Shown: positions 13,656-24,530 of the stretch, piece after piece
Layout: each line of letters begins with the position of its first letter
Numbering within the stretch: position 1 is the first letter of the stretch
Assembly: GCF_006345805.1 (NCBI RefSeq)
Contig: NC_043000.1
Coordinates: forward strand, 38,130,001 to 38,194,000
Reading direction: 5' to 3'
Length of the DNA stretch: 64,000 nucleotides
From: Octopus sinensis
Lineage: Eukaryota
Notes under the pieces: model-generated
What the model saw: the letters and a program-made list of their open reading frames with translations, nothing else
Databases searched by the model: none
What the model was told of the DNA's origin: nothing
Translations under genes and position numbers: made by a program

Positions 13656-13951
13656 ATGTGGTTCGACTGGACCCGACCACCTAAGATCAAGCATTCCACC
13701 GTGATGGGGAAAGCCGATAGCCACTTGCTCTGTCTCCTCTGGCGCTTTCTATTGGACTCGAACATGGTCAAAAGTTTACCGAATCAGCATCGACACATAA
13801 ACACATACACATTTTCAAACGCACACAACGCAAATACACACACACACACACACACACACAAACCTATACACATACACACGCGTTCGCATCCACAGAAACA
13901 TACGTATGTATACTGACAATGACACGCAGACGCACAAACATCCACATTCAC
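13656..13951 (+). repeat. Partner of inverted duplication 9676-9965
   Basis: Direct sequence comparison. Confidence 0.9.
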
Positions 13952-14372
13952 AAAAAAAAAAACGGAATGGCTTCTAAAGTCATAGCAAAATGGTGAGCTT
14001 GGGAAATCTATTGGCTGTAAGTATTTGCTACTTGCTACGACACTCAACGAGCAGAAATACACTTCTAGCGTTCTCGACAATCACTGCTCGATGACTTTCG
14101 TCTGCTTCTAATGAATAATGAGATTTTTTATTACAGAACGTCCGTAAGTGTTAATCTCTAGACAATTGCCAGAGTAAATTTGATATTTTACGGCGTTTTT
14201 ACATTAAGCATGAAACACAGATAATCATATATGTAGGCATGTGAGTGAGTACAAGTGTGCGTATATATTATATATATATATATATATATACATACACACA
14301 CATATATACATATATAACCATGTATATAAGTGTGCGTGTGATTGTGTTTGTATGAATGTATGTATGTATACA

Positions 14373-14416
<44 letters not shown>

Positions 14417-14615
14417 TACTATATATGTATGTATATATATATATATATAGCATGATATATATATATACATATATATATGTATATGTATACCACACATACA
14501 TATATAACAATGTGTATGTTGTGTGTGTGATTGTGTATGTATGAATGTATGTATTTTTATATATACATATATAAACAATATATATAACATATAAAAATAT
14601 ATTTATATACATATA

Positions 14616-14664
<49 letters not shown>

Positions 14665-14677
14665 ATATATATATTAT

Positions 14678-14732
<55 letters not shown>

Positions 14733-14740
14733 TACATATA

Positions 14741-14861
14741 CGACAAGCTTCTTTCACTGGGCTTTGGTCGGCCCGAGGCTACAAAAGAAGACCCTTGCTC
14801 AAGGTGTCAAGCAGAGGGACTGAACCCGGGACCACGTGGTGGTTGGGAAGCAAGCTTCTTA
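14741..14861 (-). mobile_element. Headless SINE-A 5' half fused head-to-head with a SINE-B fragment (14862-14990, +)
   Basis: gggaagcaagcttctt|agcagaatcgttaacg junction. Confidence 0.75.
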
Positions 14862-15075
14862 GCAGAATCGTTAACGCGTCAGACAAAGTGCTAAGCGGCA
14901 TTTCTTTCGGGTCTCTTGCCTTGGGTTCAAATTTGGCCCAGACCGAATTTCAGCCTCTCAGGGACGATGTAGTAGAACTACTAGGGTAGGGGAAATCAAC
15001 TAATCTCTCAAAATTGCTGGTCACGTGCCAGAGTTAGAAAATATTTCATCATATATACATATATATATGTGTGTG

Positions 15076-15107
<32 letters not shown>

Positions 15108-16749
15108 ATGTGTGGTGTGGTGTGTATTATATATATTATATATGTATGTATTTGTGGAAGGGTTAAAAATCTTCTCGATATGTGTACGTGTGCGTTCATC
15201 CCAATATGTTTCGCTGTGTGTTTATATCCGGGTGCGAGATATTATATATCAGTGTCTCCTTGTATATAAGTACAACACCTCAGAATCATTTACAGACCTT
15301 CTTTGCGCCAACCACACATACACACACTCACTCACACATATAAACATACACACACAAACGCACGCACATTCATTCAAAATATACATACTTGTCTAACAAA
15401 AAAACATTTAAATGTCATGTTTAAGAAAACAACAATATTAATAGCTGTTGAATGAAAAAAATATTCATAATCACAATAAAAAGATTAATGTTTGTGTATG
15501 TGTATATTTAATGCGTATGTGTGTGTGTGTGTGTGTGTTTTATGCTTTTGTTATCCCGAATAGATAATAACAGTGATATAACTTGTTATGTTATACTGTT
15601 AAAGTGCAGCCGATAGTAAATGTTAATTTTCATTTTGGTGTGGGTGGTCGTGGGTGGAAACGATTGAGGTTCAAGCTGAGAATTGAGATAGCGTTATATA
15701 TGTATACACACATACACATACACACACGTGTATATGTATGTGTGTATATATGTATGTGTATCTATGTAAACACATGTATGTAAATATATATATATTTATG
15801 TGTATATATAAATATATATATATATACATATATACCTACATGTATATATAAATATATATATATATCCATATATATATAAAGTGCGTGTGTGAGTGTTTGT
15901 GAGTGTATATATATATATATATATTTATGCTTGTATGTATATATGCATATGTATATTTATATGTATCTTAATTTTTGTTCTTGTATTTCTTGTTGATGAA
16001 GATGACGGTGACGAATTTGAAGCAAGGTCTAAAGCAGAGATAGAAAATATCTTTGATAAAGATATCTAAGCGAGTTTAGAGATCATAAGACCATAAAGGA
16101 ATCTAAAACATTACATGCAATAAACGACAAAACTGTATTAATAACAAAATGCATTAATGCACCAACAGCACCACCGCCTCCCCATCACTCCCTCGTTTTT
16201 CTCTAACGTCTGCCACGACAGCTGTGACGATGATGAAGTCGCATTGCGACCTCTAGGGTGTTCAGTTTTAAGAACAAGGCCCTGAACTCCCTACTTTCTT
16301 AAAACTAATTGCCGTACTTACCACTCAGTGGCAGCCATGTTTTTTATTATATTTCTAATAGATTTTGCTTTATTTTATTTCGTATTATCTGAATTGCAGT
16401 AATTATTGTTGTTTGTGAATTTGTTGTTGTTGCTGTTGTTGTGTATATGGTTCTATTGCTCCCGTCCACCATTTGGTGGGAGTGTATATATATTTTTTTC
16501 TCTCTTTTTTTATTCTTACCACATCAACTTCATTGTACGAAATTCGCCATTGAATTGTGACAAGACGATACAACAAAGAAAATAAATAAATAAAATAAAA
16601 GACGGAAGACAGATGAAGGGAAGAAAAACTAAAACATTAAAAAGGTTATACGGAACGTCATAATGATGGAGATAGTAAAATGGCGGGTGCTGACGGTGGG
16701 TGGGGGGAGAGAATGGTGAGATAAATAGAAAGGAATACAGCTACAGTTA

Positions 16750-17210
16750 TAGCCATTACTATAAAATTGCTGTAAAATCATTACTATCATCATCATCACC
16801 ATCACCCTCGCCATCACCATCATCATCATCATCACCATCATCACTGTCATCTTCATCTTCATCATCATCGTCGTCGCCGTCGTCATCATCATCATCATCA
16901 TCACCGATAACAATAGCAGTACCCTCATCACCTCCACCACATCCCTACGAGAAGTATCGCTACTGCCAGCACCAACACCAACACCAATAGGACCAACACA
17001 ACAGCAACAATAACAACAACAACAACAACAACAAAAACAACAACAGAACCATAAAAAGTAACAAAAGCAACATTGTTATGCGGTGCAACAATAGCAATAA
17101 TAAAAACAAACAAACCGACATCACCATTCTCCTCATCCTCCATTGACTACTACTACTACTACTACTACTAATACTACTACTACTACTTACTACTACTACT
17201 ACTAGCTGCA
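16750..17210. repeat. Compound trinucleotide microsatellite (CAT/CAC/CAA/ACT)
   Basis: Direct inspection. Confidence 0.9.
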
Positions 17211-17577
17211 GCAATGGTGACAAAGGTGGAGATAAAGTAGATGGATTCGAATATCAGCACAACTAGACGAATATTGTAGAAAGGAATTGACCTCAGTATG
17301 ACGCTGGTACTTAATACTTCCATATGATGATGATGATGAAGGCATTAAAGAGATTTATCATAAAAGTCGGGGAACCTTATTTGAAGCGAATAAAAAGTAA
17401 GAAGGCCAACATAAAAGAAAAGAACTAAAAAGAAGAGACAATGAAATATAAACAAAAATACGTAGAAAAAACAGACATTAGAATGACACGTTATGACGGA
17501 GATATACAAACAGATATATGGATGGATAAGAGAAACGCAAGCAGATCATTTATTTATACATGTGTGGGCTTGTGCGC

Positions 17578-17634
<57 letters not shown>

Positions 17635-18016
17635 ATATATATATGTATATACATATATGTGTGTGTGTGTGGTGTTGTATGTATAAGTGAGTGCGTGTGT
17701 GTCTTTCTGTATAAGTGTGTGTGTATGTATGTGTGTGTAAATATATATATGCACACACACATACTCACACGCACACACACACACACATATATATATAGGC
17801 CAAGGAAAAGGGGGAAGGGGTGGGAGTAAGGGCGTCAGAGACAAAAAGATAGAGGATATACAAAGTGACAGTTAAAATTATTGAGATGAACAGAGACAGC
17901 GAGAGAATAAAGAAACAATATACACCCATCCGTCCACATACACATACTTACATGCATACATACATATGTATATATATATATGTCCGTGTATATATATATA
18001 TTACATCTATATATAC

Positions 18017-18083
<67 letters not shown>

Positions 18084-18089
18084 TATATA

Positions 18090-18161
<72 letters not shown>

Positions 18162-18460
18162 CATACATATATGATATATATGACGAGATGAAAGAAGAAA
18201 AGCTATGATGAATATTCGGAAATAAAAGTTGAATAAATCAGCGAAATATGCAAAGGGGAGTCAAAATGTAGGATCTCAGCAAAGGTGAAGGTTCATGAGA
18301 TAAATGCGAGGAAATATAGCAAAACTGAATTGAAATGTAAAGTGAATAAAGCGCGTGCGCACGCACACACTGACAAGTGCACCCACACGCACACGCACGT
18401 ATGCACATACTTGTACTTACATACATGCTTACATACGCGCATACATATATATGAAGTAAC

Positions 18461-18560
18461 NNNNNNNNNNNNNNNNNNNNNNNNNNNNNNNNNNNNNNNN
18501 NNNNNNNNNNNNNNNNNNNNNNNNNNNNNNNNNNNNNNNNNNNNNNNNNNNNNNNNNNNN
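18461..18560. other. Assembly gap (100 N, size probably unknown)
   Basis: Run of 100 n. Confidence 1.
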
Positions 18561-18676
18561 AGAATTTGCAAAAATACACTTTTTAAAACTATAAAACAAA
18601 TATTACAACAATAAAACAAATAAAAAACAATAACTGAAAAAATGGCGGAATGTATATTATATAAAAACTTAATAAA

Positions 18677-18707
<31 letters not shown>

Positions 18708-19729
18708 CATACATTGTATGTGTGTGTGTGTTAATAGACACACATACAATGTATGCATAGACACGCGTATGCGCGTTGGCATACACATATATACTTAAAC
18801 ATACTTGTCCGTACGTGTAGCAAAAAATACATGTGGTGACATACATACGTGCTATATGTACAGTATGCATATATACATGCGTGCATATACACATTGTATA
18901 CATTTAGTATCATAGAGACACGAATGCATGTACACACTCAAACCGATACATATGTGTACTCATACACATGTATAAGCCTACATTCATACATATCTACACA
19001 CACATACACACATTTGTACATATATACATAAACATGTATATGCATGCGTGTGTATTCACTCTATGTCTATCTATTAATCTCTCTCTCTCACTTTCTCTCT
19101 GCCTCTCTCTCTCTCTCTATTTATATATACATATACATTCACACACATAAGGACACACACATACATACATCATACACTCACATACATACACACACACACG
19201 TACACACACATATATATATATACATACATACGCAGATACACACACACAGACATACATAATACATATATAGACACATACATACACACGTTCATATATACAC
19301 ACATACATACACACACATACACGCATACATGCATACAGTCTGAAAATGCAAGTAATTGTAAACTGCAGAATATATAAGGTAGATGACTAGAATAAAGAAT
19401 GGATTACAGAAAAGCCATTTCTATCTTTACAATGATAACAACAACAACAGCAACAAAAACCAACGCAACAACAAGAATGAAAGATTAAAAAGGAGTTAAG
19501 GCAGAGAGAGATTTGATCTGTGTTTGATACTTAAACACGACGTCCATTCATTAAGTTTTGACAGATTATTAACGATTCTTAAACTGAGAACTTCTTTCAA
19601 TTCTCATCATTAATCTCCCCCCCTTCTCTCTCTCTCTCGCTCTGGCTCTCTCACGTTCTCCTTGTTACACACTACATATAATGCATATACACGCATATAC
19701 ATACCTACATTCATTAATATATATATATT

Positions 19730-19778
<49 letters not shown>

Positions 19779-19864
19779 GCATTTAGACATACATATATAT
19801 ATAGATATATAATATATAATAAATTTTTATATAATAGACATACATACATACATACATGCAAATA

Positions 19865-19897
<33 letters not shown>

Positions 19898-20886
19898 GCA
19901 CGCATATATACACATATATTTCTCAGTCATCACATTACAAGATATACGAATGTGTGTATATATACATGTATATATAGTGCATTGTTGTACAATTCAAATC
20001 TTTTTATTCTTTACATGCATATGTGTGTGTGTGTTTGTGTGCGTGCGTGTATGATTGAAATAATTATATATATATTTGTTTATATTTGAGACGAGTCTTT
20101 CGTATGAGTATATAGATGCACGCGCACACACAAACATAAACAGACAATAAATAGACATATAATACATAGACATATACACACACACATACATACACTCGGA
20201 TATAAGTGTGTTAGTTGGAGACTACATATACGTGTGTGCGTGTGCCTACATACAGATTTACATACAAATACAGTCTCCCTCCGTAGCCCCACCCGCCATT
20301 TTAAGTGTATCTTATTTACTAGAGTATCAATGATTTTCATGTAAAAATTATTAATTGAAACCTTGCTCCCACATTTATCAAACATTATTGATATTTTATT
20401 CCACTCATTACACCTCCAATACTCTCCTTTATTACTTTTCAAATGGTTTTCGTTTATTCTCATTGTTATTCTACAATAAAAAATGTTTTCTTATTAAATA
20501 GATGGTTAAGGGTGGCGATTGTTTTGGCTGTTTTGCCACTTCTAATCACATGACCAGCTAAAAACAACTGTCAGGTTTCGAATCGAGGCCCTATTATTTA
20601 GAATCCCCGCCTGCCACGGTATGTAAGCCACGGTGAGATGAAGCAGCTTTTCTAGCCCCATCTTCGAGCCATGGAGGTGCGCAGAACAATCTTAGAGTGA
20701 GCTGCTCAGACACCCAAGGGTCTACCGGACTCCACTGGTGTTTCGGTCAGTGGGGAACGACACCATGCCCTGGAACACTTGTGTGCAGGCTTGGGACAAT
20801 TCGATCATCGCCACAAGACTTGAAGCAGGCTCTGAGATTACTTGATATCTTAATTTGCGTGTGACATGAATTGAAGTGATGTAGAC

Positions 20887-22206
20887 TTGTGCAACGTTAA
20901 CTGCCTTATTCTCTCTCCCTTCCTATCTGATTCCAGTGGCAGGACGAAGTCAAGACTAGAGCTAAGTCGAGATGCAGTGGATGGTCACAGTGTCTCACTA
21001 TGCCCTGTTTGCGTTCCACAACTGGGGGATGGCGGGCCCAGGGTCTTAAATGTAAGGGTATTGCCGGCGGTCGATTGAGAAGGGTCAAAAGCGATTTTGA
21101 CCCTGTGGATTCCATCGGCCGCAACAGATCTGGTTTCTCCAGATTTCTTGAAAATGGCTGGTTGCAGGTATCCGGTGATACTTGAGGGACGTCCCCCCAA
21201 GTGTCACTCGTGCCTGCAGCCAGGCCACATTAAAAGGAACTGCCCCCAGGACCATGGTAAGGTCCTGGAACAGTCACTAGATGCCACCTCCCCTACCCGG
21301 TCAAAGGGAGAGGTGGATGTGGTCGAGGAGGCTTCAGCCTCCTCAACTCAAAAAGGATTAAAAAGGAAGAAGGCGGGCAGCAATAGTTGCCCGCCGAAGG
21401 TACCTAAGGCTTCGGGAGGCGGGGGAGAGTCTCCGGACAAAGCGGAAGAGCTCCACTCTCCCGAAGTCAGGAAGAAAAGAAACAAAAGAAAGAAGAAGAA
21501 CGGGTCATCTCAGCGGGGAGATGATGTGCCGTCTGCATGTCCCGACGTTGTGCCACCCACGGTGGAAGAAACCACCTCCACCCTTAAAGATGATCAATTA
21601 ATTATCTTTTACTATAAAGGCGGTGAGGTGGGAAAAATAGTAGAAGAACATAAAGAGAAAGTAGATATGCCCTTCACACAGGTTCCCGAATGGCCTTCGC
21701 AGATAGCTGTGGAGGTCATAAGGTTTCCCTTGTGGCAAAGGCTTAAAGGATTTGGGGAGGAGTGTCGCATATGACCGGGTGGCCCTTACACGACTTACAT
21801 GTCCTACATGAGTGAGGCATGGGAAATGGTGGGATACAGGAACTCAAGAGGCATTGAAGATAATGATGAATATATCGATGGATATATCGAAGAGTAGGAG
21901 GTGAAAGACCCCCGTTATAGGGTTTGAAACCTCATCTTATTGTATTATTTGTAGTGGTTTATAACCTCAATTGTGTGTTAAAAAAGAAACATGTTAAATA
22001 AGAGGTTTTAGTGTTTCCTTCTTGTAAGAGGTTTGAAACCTCATATTGATTTTTTTTAAATTAAATGTTTTCGAGAAAAATCCAATCGGCGGGTGTTAGG
22101 TTTCGTCTCTCATTTATTCATTCTATTTCATTTTCATTCATTAATGTTTTTGTCCAGCCCGCAAAGCTACACACTCTTTGTACTGTCTATGATTTTATGA
22201 AATAAA
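20887..22206 (+). mobile_element. ORF1-only L1/Tx1-like (half-L1-like) element, copy 1
   Basis: PDFLKMAGCRYPVILEGRPPK-CHSCLQPGHIKRNC (CX2CX4HX4C at 21202-21243), Lys-rich linker, C-terminal domain, hairpin-rich 3'UTR ending GAAATAAA; no endonuclease or RT between ORF1 and the 3' end; 5' boundary uncertain (may extend to about 20500). Confidence 0.75.
21097..21897 (+). pseudogene. LINE ORF1-like (gag-like zinc knuckle) protein, C-terminal part
   Basis: ORF 21097-21774; TGA at 21772 corresponds to TGG in copy 2; frame stays open to TAG at 21895-21897. Confidence 0.8.
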
Positions 22207-22332
22207 GTAGCTTGCTTATCAATCATATGGTTCCGGGTTCAGTCCCACAGCGTGGCACCTATACTCTTCTACTATAGCCACGGGCTGACCAATGCCTTGT
22301 CAGTAGATTTGGTTGAGGGAAACTGAAAGAAG

Positions 22333-22398
<66 letters not shown>

Positions 22399-22640
22399 TG
22401 TATGTGTGTGTGCGCGCGCGCGCCTGTATGTTTGTGAGTCTGTGTTTGTACTCCCAACATCACTTAACAACCGATGCTAGTGTGTTTACGTACCCGTAAC
22501 TAAGCAGTTCGGCAAAAGAGTCTGATAGAATAAGTACTACGTTTACAAAGCATAAGTCCTGGGGTCGATTTGTTCGACTAAACGCGATGCTCCAGCATGG
22601 CCGCAGTCAAATGACTGATACAAGTAAAAGAATAAGAAAA
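22207..22640 (+). mobile_element. Headless SINE-A starting at gtagcttgctt
   Basis: Compared with the intact head gtggtaagtagcttgctt at about 30551. Confidence 0.9.
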
Positions 22641-22703
22641 TATATAGATATATATTCTGAAGGAATACCATCGAATATACATGCACACATACATACATTC
22701 ATA

Positions 22704-22796
<93 letters not shown>

Positions 22797-22809
22797 AATA
22801 TATATATAC

Positions 22810-22925
22810 CAAATCCTCCCACGAGGCTTTGGCAGACCTGAGGCTATAGTAGAAGACTATTGCTCAAGGTGCCACGAAGTATTCTGTTGGGAAGCAAGCT
22901 TCTTACCACGCAGCCATGCCTGGGC
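22810..22925 (-). mobile_element. SINE-A 5' fragment
   Basis: gaggctatagtagaagac..caaggtgccacg..gggaagcaagcttcttaccacgcagcc. Confidence 0.8.
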
Positions 22926-23134
22926 CTGCCTCACCCATTTTCCTTCAGTTATGGTCATATATTGTCTACTTTTGCTAAATATTTCAAGCATTGAGTTCAT
23001 AAGACGTATCCGGCATCACAAGAGAATGAATATTGGAAACAGATAATAGAGTCTACTTCCCCCCAGTTATATAAATAACCGAAAATTTGAAAGGTATGGA
23101 CTCCTTCCAACAAACTACATTTAAGTCATGTTAA

Positions 23135-23257
23135 TCGCCACATCAATATGGACGTTCCGTAGGAATCGACGTTAGCACCGTTTTTGACCCAGGAGAATCT
23201 TCCTCCAGCTGGTCATCGATGTAATCTGCTCCCGAAATAGCCGTATTGATGTGGCGA
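23135..23257. mobile_element. Small MITE-like element, 17-bp inverted repeats
   Basis: tcgccacatcaatatgg / ccgtattgatgtggcga. Confidence 0.45.
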
Positions 23258-23364
23258 GTAACATTACTTCTCAGATTTTCTAGCTAGCTACTTTACATTG
23301 AAGTCAATAATCAAGTAGGAGAAATCTTTTACGAAGTATCCTGTAAACCTTTCCACAATAAGCA

Positions 23365-24115
23365 CGTGGGGTTCTAGTCGCTTACATCGACCCCAAACCT
23401 CAACTGATACATATTTTGTCGACCACGAAAGAAGACAAGGCAATGTGGACCTCGGCGGAATTGATCCGCGAGAAATCCGTTGTGCATTTTGTCGGGTGAG
23501 CTACAAACTCTGCTAGCTCGCCGCCTTAAAGTATCCTATATTATTTTCAACTGTAGACACAAGTTTTGTGGGAGTGGGTACTTAATTTATCGACCCACCG
23601 AAAGGAGGAAAGGCCTCGCCGGAATTTGAACTCAGAACGTGACGGCAGACGAAATACTTATTTCTTTACTGCCCACAAGGGGCTAAACATAAAGTGAACA
23701 AACAAGGACAGACAAAGGGATTAAGTTAATTACGTCGAGCCCAGTGCGTAACTGGTAATCATTTAATCAATCCCGAAAGGTTGAAAGGCAAAGTCGACCT
23801 CGGCGGAATTTGAACTCTGAACGTAACGGCAGACGAAATACGGCTACGCATTTCGCCCGGCGTGCCAACGTTTCTGCCAGCTAGCCGCCTTAGAAATATG
23901 CTTTTCTACTCTAGGCACAAGGCCTGAAATTTTGGGGAAGGGAGCCAGTCGATTACATCAACGCCAGTACACAACTGGTACTTAATGTATCGACCTCGAA
24001 AAGATGAAAGGCAAAGTCGACCTTGGCGGAATTTGAACTCAGAACGTAAAGACAGACGAAATAGCGCTAAGCATTTCACCCGACGTGCCAACGTTTCTGC
24101 CAGCTCGTCGCCTTT
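23365..24115 (-). mobile_element. SINE-B cluster including a dimeric copy (23550-23889)
   Basis: Four gcggaatttgaactc-type B-box blocks; heads end in gccagctcgccgcc. Confidence 0.88.
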
Positions 24116-24218
24116 TAAAGTATCTTATATTCTTTTCAAAATAATGAACTGCAAACAGTACTCGTGGGAATTCCACGGATATTTTGAAAACTGTACAATG
24201 GAATGGTACAATGGAATG

Positions 24219-24530
24219 GTGCGTGGCTTAGTGGTTAGGGCATTCGGCTCACGATCGTATGTTCGTGAGTTCAATTCCCGGCAACGTGTTGTGTTCTTGA
24301 ACAAGACACTTTATTTCACGTCGCTCCAGTTCACTCAGCTGGCAAAGAGGAGTTGTACCTGTATATCAAAGGGCAAGCCTCGTCACAATCTGTGTCACGT
24401 TGACTCTCCGCGAGAACTACGTTAAGGGTACACGTGTCTGTGGAATGCTCAACCACTTGCGCGTTAATTTCACGAGCAAGGTGTTCCATTGATCGTATCA
24501 GCTGTGACCCCTCGTCGTCGTAACCGACGT
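24219..24530 (+). mobile_element. tRNA-derived SINE-C, near full length
   Basis: A box tggcttagtggtt, B box gagttcaattccc, gtgttcttgaacaagacactt. Confidence 0.85.
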
